From Azolla caroliniana (taxonomy: Eukaryota > Plantae > Polypodiophyta), in the NCBI GenBank assembly GCA_043228905.1, contig JBHGNT010000008.1, forward strand, positions 19,530,001 to 19,594,000: a stretch of DNA of 64,000 nt. Direction: 5' to 3'. Under the pieces are notes generated by a model. That model made no database searches. It was not told the DNA's origin and saw only the letters and a list, made by a program, of their open reading frames with translations. Made by a program: the position numbers and the translations under genes. Positions 26,853-38,900 of the stretch are shown piece by piece (the stretch's first letter is position 1; every line of letters begins with the position of its first letter).

Positions 26853-27296
26853 TGTCATGAACACATGACCATTATGGCGTCACCCGGACTTGAACCTTGA
26901 ACCTTGTAATTCATACTTGAAAACCTCAACCATTAAGATAGCTTATTGTTATATGAAATAATAAAAGCTACTTCTTGTATTACATTGATTATTGTAAAAA
27001 CTCTAGATTATTCTAGAATGTTCTAGAATGTCCTAGAGCATTCTAGGTCTAGAACATTCTAGAACATTCTAGAAATCTCTAAGCTATTCTATAGGAACCT
27101 ATAAATAAGCGCATACATGTATTCTCAAATCAATTCGAATCAACACCAGTCTTTAGCTCTCATTACATATCTTGTATCCATTCTCTTTCTTTCTCTATCT
27201 TATACATCCATTCTTCTCTTAGTATTTGGTTCCTTTCTTCTCGTGTTCTCTAATATCCTTCTTCCATCACTCGATCTTTTATCCTTGGTTCTGACA
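26853..27296 (+). mobile_element. Nested solo LTR (TGTCA...TGACA) with heat-shock elements
   Basis: Perfect TSD CCGGG (26848-26852 / 27297-27301), terminal inverted TGTCA/TGACA, TATAAATA at 27100. Confidence 0.88.
27011..27107 (+). promoter_or_regulatory. Heat-shock element array plus TATA box in LTR U3
   Basis: TTCtaGAAtgTTCtaGAA (27011-27028) and GAAcaTTCtaGAAcaTTCtaGAA (27052-27074) are perfect alternating nGAAn units about 25 bp upstream of TATAAATA. Confidence 0.75.
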
Positions 27297-27989
27297 CCGG
27301 GTACTCCACATCCGGTTCTCACCGGGTCTTTCGTTGCCGGGTACACCACATCCGGTTTCGGCCGAGGCTGATAGGCCGAGGGCCGAGTTTGCTCATCAAC
27401 ACTATTCTTCTCACTTCCCATCCAGAGGGACCTGTTTCCTAACAAGTTGTTCTCACCATTTGTCGACTCTTGTTTACTGGGTATAAATAAGAGTGCTTGA
27501 TGATCCATGTAAAACAAGAAATGACACGTGAGTAGGCAATGTTGAGATTTCTTAACAACAAAGATCATACCTATTGTCTCCCTGAGTAATTACGTTCAAC
27601 TTGGTTACGAATCAAGATGATGACCTAGCAAATGTTATAGGGAAGTACATTTTACCATCTCTAAGTTGGGCTAGAGTTTCTTTGACAAAGGTGAAGTCGT
27701 CAATGTGGATATGGAGCTCCTTGCTTTAGTTTGGGCACATGAGGGTTAGTGCTCTATCTAGGCACTCTTTAATTATTAAAAGTGTTTTTTTCATCCCTCT
27801 GTCGATTTGAATACCTTTAGTAAATCATGGATGGGTCTTGCTTTCTCTACGAACATTTCGATGAATCATTGATAATATCTCTCATTTTGGACCAAATTCA
27901 CTCGCAAAAATAGTTTTGTGTGGATCTTGTGGGGCCGTTGTGATCATCTTGTGACTTGAGAAACCATCATATAGCTATACCCTTGTTTT

Positions 27990-30900
27990 TGAAGGGTAAG
28001 TGTATGCGGTAATGTATGAGGATTTCTCTCAGTTCGTACTCAGAAAACAACATAGAAAGAGAAGCTAAGATGTACACAGATTGAAGCTTTAATGGAAGCT
28101 CTATTACGTTCTCTATATCTCTCTCTTAGAGACTCGATATATGATATTTTATCAAGAAGATCGTCACTTTACAACGTTAGGTTATTGCCCGGTTATTGCT
28201 TATATATACTAAGCCCTAACTATGTGGACGAGTTCACACTAGGCATAGATTGACCCATGTGTGATACGCGTGGTATTCTCCATCCGTAATATTCGTGGTA
28301 TGCGAGAATAGAAAATGGCCCCAAGAATATTATAAAACCATTCGTTTACATATACATATAGACACATAAATATATACATATACAATGTACATATATATGA
28401 TATATGTATACACACACATAATATACATACATTGTTACACTGTACACATATCTGTATATATACACACATACATATATGAATTAATCAAGAGATTGGGGAT
28501 GAGACCAAACTAGCATTGGCACCAAGAAATTATTGAAGAAATCATTGAGATGAGGAGAGAATAACTGAATTTCAGCCAAACCATAATTTATATATGTATG
28601 AATTAATAAAGGGATTGAAAATGAGAACCATGTAGCATTGGGACGAAGAAATCATTGAAGATTGGATAAAGAAGAAATCATTGAGATGAGAAGAGATTAT
28701 CGAATTTCCGCCAAACTCTAATTTCAGGGAACAAGATGGGGGAGAGGAGACAAGTATGTAGCGTCACACAAGAGCCCCATGAATGCGAATATGTCAATCT
28801 ATGACACTAGGATACAAAGTGGAAGAAGTCGACCTTTTATGCCAACAAACTCCCCCGTAAAAGGACTACTCTTTCTTACGTATACAAAAGTTTGGGGTTG
28901 TCTCCCCCGTAAACCTAGATTACAACACTAATCTAAATTTATGTTACAAGTCGGTCAACATATAGTCGAGTTGGCATAGGTGAGGTCCGTGTCGAGCCTA
29001 GCATGGCTCATTATCATGATTGATTCGGTCAACTCTTACCTTTTGCTCCTCGTTCGCCTTTCTTCTGCTCGGTCGCTTGTCGTAGTCCTATCTTTGTCCT
29101 TAGTGCTCCGAAAAGTTGATATGGGAGTGGCTTTGTTAGGCAATCAACGATGTTCACCTCGGTGTCAATCTTCCGTATCTCGAGCTTCTTCTCAGTTGTG
29201 AGCTCCCGGATGTGATGATACCGCACCTCAATATGCTTTGTCTTTGCGTGATAGTCATGATTGTTAATGAGGTGTATTGCGCCCTATGAGTCGCAATAGA
29301 TGGTTGGCGTATGTCGGTTGGTTTGGCTTATAGCTGAGAAGTTGGCAGACAATCGATACAGCCAGATCGCTTCCTTCGCAACCTTTGATGTTGCTGTGTA
29401 CTTAGCTTCTGTGGTCGACAGAGCCATGCACTCTTGAAGTTTTGACCTCCATGATATTGCACTGCCACCATAGGTGAAGATGTAACCTGATGTCGATTTC
29501 CGATTGTCCATGTTCCCGGCATAGTCGGAATCAGTATAGCCTTCGACTTTGGTTGAGGTTGTCAATCCAAAAGTCAGTTGTGCATCCATGTTTCCTTTCA
29601 GATACCTAAGGATGTGCTTGACAACCTCCCAATGCTTCCGTCCTGGGTTCGACATGTATTGGCTGACCACCCCTACAACATGGGGTAGGTCGGGTTGGGT
29701 CGCCACCATTGCGTACATGATACTTCCTACCGCGGATGCGTAGGGCATCTTTCCATTAAGCTCTCTCTCCTTGTTTATTGCAGGAGAGTCTCTATCTGAT
29801 AGTCTGATTGATGTCGGAAGCGGTGTTGGTGCTGGCTTCACATTCTTCATATTGAAGCGCTTCAGCACCTTCCAGATATATTTGGACTGGGAGAGTCATA
29901 GAGTCTTGGTCGTCCGATTTCACTCGATCCTCATGCCCAGTATGTGAAGGGCTTGTCCGAGTTCCTTCATCATGAACTTCTCATGAAGGCTCCACTTCAG
30001 CTTTCCGATCTCTGCTTGATTGCTTCCTGCAATGAGCATGCCGTCGACGTTAGGATCAGATAAATCCTAGACTCGTCGGCCAGTTGCCGAGTGTCCATAC
30101 ATGGGTCAGTGTCAGATCGGCGATATCCAAGCTGCCTAATGTAGGAGTCAAACTTTTGGTACGACATCCTTGGCGCTTGTTTCAAGCCATATAGACTTTT
30201 CTTTAACCGACATACGAGGTGATTGTCTTCCCCCATCGTCGTGAAGCCTCTAGGTTGAGACATATAGATGTCTTCTTCTAGATCTCTATGTAGGAATGCC
30301 GTCTTTATGTCTATTTGCTCGAGCTCTAAATCTTTGGTTGCTACAACACCTAGTAGGAGTCGAAGAGTGGCCATCTTCACTACTGGTGAGATTATCTCGT
30401 TGTAGTCAACCCCGAATTCTTGTTTGAATCCCTTCGCGACGAGTCGAGCTTTGTACTTGGGTTTTTCTGAGTCGTATACATATTTATATCAGAAAATCCA
30501 TTTACAGGGTAACGGCTTCCTTCCAGCTAGTAGTTCAACCAGCTCCCATGTCTGATTCTTGTGAATCGAGTCCATTTCAGATTTCATGGCTTGTAGCCAT
30601 GTGTCGGCGTCCGTTGTGGCTATAGCTTCTTCATAAGTGCTTGGTTCACCTATATCAGTGTAGTTGATGTAGTCGAGGCCCAGTCGAAAAAACTCTGTTG
30701 GCCTTCGAGCTTGTCCAGATCTCCTGGGTGCTGAGATAAGTGGTTCATATTCTTCGATCGGCTTGGTTGGGCGATTGGTATTTGTTGAACCATTTGTGTT
30801 AGGAGTCTTGTTAGGTGAGCCACCCCCATGTTGGGACTTCAGTTGTGTCGTACCATTCTCCCTTGTGAGCTTTGTCGACTCGGTTCTATCTTGGACTTGC

Positions 30901-33709
30901 ATCTTATTGACTGTGCCTTTTTTGACTCTTGTAGATTCAGTTGTGTCTTTGATGACTTTGTCTTTGAGTGCGACAATTGGACTTGTTGCCGATTTGGAGT
31001 TGATTGTCGACATGTATATTGTCGGCTTGTTCGAGTTTGATTGTCTGTCGAATCTTTGATTCGGTTTGGTGGGTTGGTTCTTCTATGACAACACTGTCGT
31101 CTTCGAAGGATACCTTCTTACTAATTGTTCTCTACTGGTTCTACTGAGAGAAGATAGAGTGCTCATTGAAGACTACGTCACTACTCTGGATCAATTTCCG
31201 GTTCTCAGGGTCCCATAGCTTGTAGCCAAATTCCCCATCGGTTCCATAACCGAGAATATGCATTTCGTTGCATGGGGTGCCAATTTTATCCTTTTACCCC
31301 TGGGGATGAACGCGTAGGTTTCGCATCAGAATATATGGAGCCTATCGTAGGTCGGCTGTTTGCCTGACCATAGGGCCTGTGGCACTTCGAGCCTAATTTC
31401 TCTTGACGGCGCTAGATTTATTAGGTATACCGCCGTCTGTAGAGCTTCAGCCCAGAATTCCAACTTCAGTCCGGCATGCTGGAGCATTGCCATCACCCTC
31501 TCCTGGATCGTTCTATTGATCCGTTCTGCCACTCCATTTTGCATGGGTGTGTTGGGAACGGTCTTTTGATGTTGGATCCCTTTGTTGGACAGGTACTGTT
31601 TGAAGGCTCTGGAGGTGTACTCACCTCCATTGTCGGATCTGAGCGTCTTCACTATGTGTCCGGACCAGTTCTCTACTTCAGATGTCCACCGAGTGAAGAC
31701 CTTGAGCTCTTCGTCTTTGGACCTGATCGAGTAGGCCCAGACCTTCCGTGTATAGTCATCTACAAAGGTGATGAAGTAACGAGAGCCTCCTAGTGATCGC
31801 TCTGGCATGGACCCACATATATCTGTGTGCACGAGCTCTAGGGGCTTTCGTACCGTCTCATAGTGGAGAGTGTGCGGACTTAGGGTTTGGTTCCCGTATC
31901 GACAATGCTCATAGAAGTCCTTCTTCGCTTGAAGTTTTGGGATGTAGTCTACCACCATCAGCCGATCAAGTCCGGCTTGAGACATGTGACCGAGTCGGCC
32001 ATACCATAAGTTTGGGTCGGTCTTTTTGGCTACATTCAGGGCCCCTTCTGAATTGATCGCCATTAATGGGTACAGGTTGTTGTACTTGTGCCCACTCCCG
32101 ATTTTGAGGTTTCCTCGGCTGATCATCCATGTTGACTCACTAAGAGTCGTTCAATACCCGTCTTCGGCTAGCATGCCAATGGAGACCAGACTCCTTTTTA
32201 GATCAGGTATGTGCCGAACTCGGTGCAAGGTTATTGTGTTTCCATTGGGCAATCGGATGGGAACCTCTCCGGTCCCTGCTATTTTGCACTCCTACCGATT
32301 TCCTAGTTGGATTGTGCTGCTGGCGTTAGTTGAATAGTTTGAAAACCATTCGATGTTGGGGGTCACGTGGAATACCACGTGTGTGCGTCTTCTACACAGT
32401 ATAGGACTTCTTTGATCATTGAGTCCTCTAAGGAGAGAACTTCTCCTGATCGGGAATCGGCAACGTTGATTTGGTTGCCGATTGGAGAGTGGTCCGAGTT
32501 AGGTCGTCCTCGATTCCACTCGGATCGCCGACCACTCTCTTTCCTCTTGATTGACCAACAGTCGAAAACATTGTGGCCAACTTTTCTGCAGTGTGTGCAT
32601 AATTCGCCTGATCGGCCCGTTCTCGACTTCGACCGTTGTCGGTCTCCCCTTGTTTTTGATCTATTGGTATTCCGACCAGTTCTGTTGGCTTGTTCTCTCG
32701 TTCGACTTTGTCGGTCGAATGACTCGGTCGAGTGATGGGATTCTGCCGATTCATCGATGGTAAAGCCCATCGATTTTCGTCGAATGTCCTCAGTGAGGAC
32801 TTGGCCGATCGTCTCATCCAAATTTTGGATCGGTGGGCTATTAGGGTACATCGTGCAGAATACCTCCCAACTCGCTGGCAAGCTCGATAGGAGGGCAAGG
32901 GCTTTCACTTCTTCTTCGAAGTTGATCCCTTGTGAGGAGAGTTCTGACAACACCCGGCTGAAGGTGTTGATGTGGGAGGTAACCGGATCGGCCTCTCTCA
33001 TCTTCATGTTGAACAATTGTTTGATCAAAATCAATTGTGAAGATGAGGACATTTTCTCGTACGCGGCTTGTAATTTCTCCCATAGTGAGAACATTGTCGT
33101 CTCTTTTGCCATGCTAAAGTAGACGTTTTCGGCTAGGTGCATTCGAATGATGGAGCGTGCAATTTCGTCCATTGATCTCCACTCATCGACTGACATTGAA
33201 GTAGGCTTTTCGGAAAGCTGAATGGCCTGACCTGTCTTCAAATAATCAGTACGTCCTGCATCATCTCCTTCCATAGGGCAAAGTGTTTGCCGTCGAAATT
33301 TCTAATTTCAACTCTTGTATTGGATGTTGATGCCATGATTCTCTTGGAAGTGAGATTTACTAACCTGGTCTTTTCTTTTAGCCTTTTCTGTTGTCTGTTG
33401 CTGCCGAGCAGCAGATCACTTTGATACCAGTTGAAGAATAAGTGTATGCGGAAACGTATGAGGATCTGTCTCAGTTCGTACTCAGAAAACAACACAGAAA
33501 GAGAAGCTAAGATATACACAGATTGAAGCTTTAATGGAAGCTCTATTACGTTCCCTATATCTCTCTCTTAGAGACTCGATATATGATATTTTATCAAGAG
33601 ATTGTCACTTTACAATGTTAGGTTATTGCTTATATATACTAAGCCCTAACTATGTGGACGAGTTTACACTAGGATACAAAGTGAAAGGAGTCGGCCTTTT
33701 ATGCTAATA
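27990..33709 (-). mobile_element. Full-length decayed Ty1/copia (Tnt1/Tork-like) retrotransposon
   Basis: LTRs 33432-33709 (5') and 27990-28847 (3', interrupted). PBS tggtatcaag at 33420-33429; PPT next to 28848; TSD gtttt/gtttg. gag FDGKHFALWK and zinc knuckle CTHCRKVGHNVFDC, integrase LELVHTDICG...LRSDNGGEY...QNGVAER, RT KTAFLH...LKKSLYGLKQAPR, RNase H YTDSDYAG...STSGY. Confidence 0.93.
28244..28803. mobile_element. Non-autonomous hAT element (MITE-like, 560 bp) inserted in the 3' LTR
   Basis: 11-bp perfect TIR CATAGATTGAC/GTCAATCTATG and perfect 8-bp TSD ACACTAGG (28236-28243 / 28804-28811). The other LTR has a single acactagg at about 33666. Confidence 0.92.
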
Positions 33710-35914
33710 GTTTGCTAGCTACTCATTCCAATCACGTTGTTGGGTCTTTCTTTATAAACTTCTGTCTCTTTTGGTTGAATCCTTTTTCCACTTTCTTTAA
33801 TTCTTTCCCATTCACCTCATCAACTTCTCAAACTTCATTCAAGGAGGTGTGCTTACAAGGGGCATTTATAAACATATTGTTGCATCATGAATAGACTATG
33901 CATTAAAACAAGCATCCAAGAAATGGAACTAGAACATCCATTTCAAGGGGGCATTCTAAGCTTCTTTCCCATTGCTCTACAAACATTTGTGCAATCAATT
34001 GCTTCCAACATAATTGGTTTTAATAGGCAAATACAAAGAAACTTTTTCCATGGTGGAAATCCTTAGTGACACCACACCATGATCAGACCACTAGATGACA
34101 TCTCATTTTTCTCTACTTGGGCATCGAAATACATGCCCAACCTTTCCCTCTCGAACAACATTATATTGTCACTCTTCTCTCACAAAGCCACATAGTTTAA
34201 TGATGAAAAAGCAAAGGTTCCTATCCTCCATTATCAATACGAGCATCATCCCCTTATATCACATGCAAATATCTCATCCTTGAAATCTCCCGAATGCATT
34301 TGTCGAGTCATAGAAATATATAGAAATTGCAATGTCATGGTGGTGCGAAAGTTTCTAGATTCTACAATGAAAACACTTGAGTCTAGAAAGAGTGAGATTA
34401 AGAGGTGTTTTCACAATACAACCTTCATTTAGACATACATAATTGAGGAGATAATCCTCAACACACAAAGCATGGGCTCATATAAAGATTTAGTCAATGA
34501 AAAGCCGACTTTCCAAGTACTAGGAAAGGGTTCAAAAGAGCAATTCATTTTGGATAATAGTGAAGGTGAATGATACTGTAGAGGAACACCAATGATTTCA
34601 AATAGTTCACAACTCTATGGCACTAAAGTGAGAAGTTTAAGCATATGGGTAGTGAATTATTGTGTGAATTGCGACGAACATGATATCTCAAAATTGTACA
34701 TTGAAGATTGTGCAAGCAAAATTGTAATAAGTTCCAAGATCCTTTTTTTTCGATCAAGGGCCATCAATGTTTTGTTCACTTATTTATACATATTTGTATA
34801 ACATCAATTGAGTTGGTTTTTCTCTAAGTTTCTTTCATTCCGTCCTATGTACTTGTGTGTTTATACTAGTTATTTTGTGGTTGATGTATTAAAAGGACAA
34901 TTTTATTGCTATGGATTATTTATGCTGAGAGAATTTACTACTTATAACACAAAAGTGCAAGTTCAACTAGAAGTTATTTAACATTCCAAGAAACCCCTTT
35001 CATAAGTCTTGAGCCACTCCAAATCATCATATAAACCTAAACATGGACTTTTATAAACATATAAATTCCTCATATAAACATTAGCTCAAGCCATTGCAAA
35101 TCATTATGAATCCCCACATAAACCTAAAGATCTTGGATGTCAATTATTGACATGTCTTTTGTTGTGATAGAAACATTGCTCGTCATAGCCCACTGATTTT
35201 GCTCATGGCCTCTAAATTATTTTTACTAAGTTCTCATTTTCTCTGCATTATAGGAGAGTTGCATTCTTCACCTAAAAAGTTCATAGTTATTTATCTATTG
35301 CATAACTTCAAATGATACATCTTTCATTGCGATAACAATATAGTCTTTAACAATTATATAAAATCCTGTTCATAGTCTTGTTGTTACCTTTACTAGCTTT
35401 TTTTATCTCATAATCTGATTGTATTGCTCTCACAAACTTACACCTTCATTGATATTATGGCAATCAGTCTTTCAGCATGACCAAATATTTTTTTCACAGC
35501 TTATAGCATCTTGTCCATAGTCTCACAAATACCACTAAAACAGCCTTGATTTCCACTGCTAAACTCTGAGATCATAAGTTTAAAAATAGATGAACCAAGA
35601 TCGTTTACTATTTACCATATACATTCCATTTCATGATTACACCCCCAAATTGATTCTTCATTTATGTATATACTCCCTTTTTTTACAGTTCAATGTAAGA
35701 CGAATAACCAAAAGTGGAAAAGCACAGATACCAAAGCATTCTAAACAAATGACTCTGATGCCCATCATCAACAGTTAGTGGCAGACCATTTGCAGTTCCA
35801 TTCCATGACTCTGTAACTAGAAATACACCATACCAGCTCTCTTGCAAGTTACATATGGCACCATGGTCTCTTAAAGTTACATATGACACCATAACCTCAT
35901 CATTCATGTCATTT

Positions 35915-38900
35915 TCATGCCTTGGATAGTAAAGGAGCCTCTTGAAAATCTTCCATTTGGGCGGTTTTTCTATTACCATCTTCAAGGTGTGTTTCATCTT
36001 CAACTGGGAAAATCCATCCTGTGATAAACCCAATATGTTAAAGATAATTATTGGATGCATAGCTGATAAGATGTGAGTAGAAAACAGCAGAAGCAAATGA
36101 AATTCATGTTGATATAGTGGTAAAAGAGAAAAGGGGCATCACCTGAAAACCATAAAAAGGATGCAAGAAAAAACACAGCAGTCAATATTAGTGCAGTGGT
36201 ACGCCAATTATTCAACTTGTCCTGCATGGAAAGTGGATAGAAATGGTCAAGAAACATCTCTATGCTGAAGTTATGATCTACGGAAGGATTAAAATTAACA
36301 AACCTACCTGAACTGCACCAACCAGCGGAGAAGAAGGAACATCCCCAAACACATGAATGCAAACAGTGGATACAGCCATTGCCAATGGTCTTAGATCTGT
36401 TGATACACATTGCAATGACAAGTAGTTGACGGGACCCTACACAGTTAGCCATCAATAATCAGCCCCATGTACACACTAAAATTAGTTCAAGGGGAATCGT
36501 AATACAATCTTCCGACCAAAACTGAAAACTTACCTGTGTGGCAAATATGAAGAGTTCACCTAAAGAAAAAAGAGGAATAAACAGTAGCAGAGTGCTGGAA
36601 GTGAAGGCTGCAAAACAGAAAACTGTCCCAACAAAGGTTGTGATAGCAAGAAGCTGTGACACCCAAATGTTCCAGCAAATACCTCAGTATTAATCTGCAT
36701 AGACACATAGGGAACTCTATAAGGATGGAAAATACCTTAAAACCATTTTGGATAGTTGAGCCAATTTTATCAAGAATAAGCCCTCCAGCTACAGTACCAA
36801 AGATACCACAAATAATTGTTATACCACCAAAGACTAGATCTGCATTTTCCTGCATTCATTTACAAGCATAGCTTAGGTCAAACATCGTCATTCAAATCTC
36901 TCCTATAAAATAGAGCCAAAGGCGCTAAGGTTTGCAGGAGAACAACATACAAGATTATAAATTGAGTAGCCTGCTCTTGGTCCCCAGTATGAATATGCAC
37001 CAAGAACAAAGGTGAACACGGTGTAACCTAGAAAACATCAACAGTATATCCAGCTCAGAGATAAGTAAAGAAGTATATTCCAGGAGCAGTGTATATAAGT
37101 ATATTGCACCAAGAACAAAGGTGAACACAGTGTAACCTAGCAAACATCAACAGTATATCCAGCTCAGAGATAAGTATATTTAAGTATATTCCAGGAGCAG
37201 TGTAGAGAAATAAAAACTGTATATGTTCACATTTGTTCATGGTTAGCCCCAAGATAATGGCACATAAAACTTTACCTAGAACATTGATTGTATAGCTCCT
37301 GCTTTGAAACAGGGTCTTCACATCCATCAAAAATACTTTGCTATGCTGGACCAACTGTTGAAAGCTTCCTCTCCTGCCAAAACAAAAAGAAAAAAATATA
37401 ATTCTAATATGCTTTATAGACAAGGATGGATAGGATCAACTACTTAGATTCCTAACTTACGAATTGATTTTATTGTTCTCCTGCTCCTTCATATTTCCAT
37501 CATGATGCGCATTTTCTGAATGACCTTCATGATCAAAGCAACGCCAATGCTTTAGTTTCATGCATTGCAGGCTTTCTTATTTCTTATAAAATAAACATGC
37601 CCATCCTTGGGAGTGCTTTAAATCATGAAACTATATTCCTTAATTTCACCATTAGCGAAACAATGTTGATTGACTACCTAAACAAAAAGGAAATGCCTAG
37701 CTTCTATGTTCAGTGAAGTAAATAAATATATATATTGGGGCTTCTAGCTCAATTATTAACCACTTCATCCACGATTGGTCTACGATTTCAATCCCTTCAT
37801 GCACTTCATAAAGATGTGCGTCACCTGGCATTTTACCCAACAAATTAACTTCATCAGGTCAGCACCATTAGGGAAAGGATGCTGGATCTTCTCTTTGAGA
37901 TTCCGTCCAGCCACAGGTTCCCATGACTATCATATTATAACTTCACCCCACTCACGAACCCAACCATTATATGTGAGTTAGTGATTTTGGATTTAACGTG
38001 GAGAACATCCAAATAACAAAGTGAATGTCACTTATGACATAGAAATTGGAGAATGGAACATAAAGCAATCAAGTTCTAGGAGAGTTCTGCTTGGGATATG
38101 GCATAGGGCATCATTATAATTTGCCGAAGACCATATATGTAATTCGGAGATAAATCTGTATAGAGAAGATAAGGTATGCCTAAAAGAGTAGAGATAGGCA
38201 TGAAGAAAAAGCGGGAAGAAGAGTGAAGAAAAAACAAGGGAAGATAAAAAAAAAGCAACGACAGGAGAATATAAGAAAAAAGCAACAACAGTTGAGGGCA
38301 ATTTTTTAAACTCTCGTTGCATTATTTCTGAAGGGTGATCAGGCATTTAAAAGGAGGGGCTGAGCTCTACAGGTTGAAAAAAACAAGCCATCACATGCTT
38401 ATTTTGGAGGTCAGACACGGCTACAGCGTGGTGACAAAGTAGAGGTGCTGGTTTCTATTGCAGGCATCATACGACATCAAACAGTGATTGTTTGAGATGA
38501 TTCTGGTCAGCATCGCATTCTTCATCTTGATACAGGATTCTAAATATTTGCACACAAAAAACCAAGCTTTGTTAGAGAAAACGGAATTTGTGAAGGAATC
38601 AGTTGGCATCAACGTTTAACCTTTTTTTCTATCGAAGGCTAGGAGAGTCCACATTGGATGTCGTTTGTTTCTTTGTATTCCTCTTATCAAATTTGATCTT
38701 CTCATCTTGCTTTCCCCAGATTTTCTTGAAGGTGTGGTGAAGACTAGAACTTGAGACCTCTTGCCTCATCATTTTGAGTTATTTCACTTGTAAAATGTTT
38801 TGTAGATGAACATTATTTAAACTTCTTACTATCTGAATTTGGGTGGTTTGGGTTCTCAAATTGGTGCAAGTTTGTATCCTCACAAGAGAAAAGGACAAGA

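Larger units (their letters stand above)
26295..27444 (-). mobile_element. Solo LTR (family of the LTR at 62817-63427) carrying a nested solo LTR
   Basis: TG...CA with perfect 5-bp TSD AGTTG (26290-26294 / 27445-27449). The empty site is seen in the paralogous copy at about 60686. It shares 'ttttacgtggaaaaccc...actatcactat...gccacaggcggcgg' with 62817-63427. Confidence 0.88.
26060..27980 (-). mobile_element. Decayed Ty3/gypsy pol (RNase H) relic hosting nested solo LTRs
   Basis: MIFVVKKSQHCLLTCHFLFYMDHQALL matches the gypsy RNase H '...KFRHYL...DHQAL' pattern. A related uninterrupted copy lies at about 60463-60740. Confidence 0.65.

Noticed and set aside
37828-37927. Possible extra Spinster exon (tag|...cag|gtgacg)
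   Set aside because: Its open frame is phase 0-0 while the intron is phase 1; the needed frame has a stop, and the gene model is complete without it.
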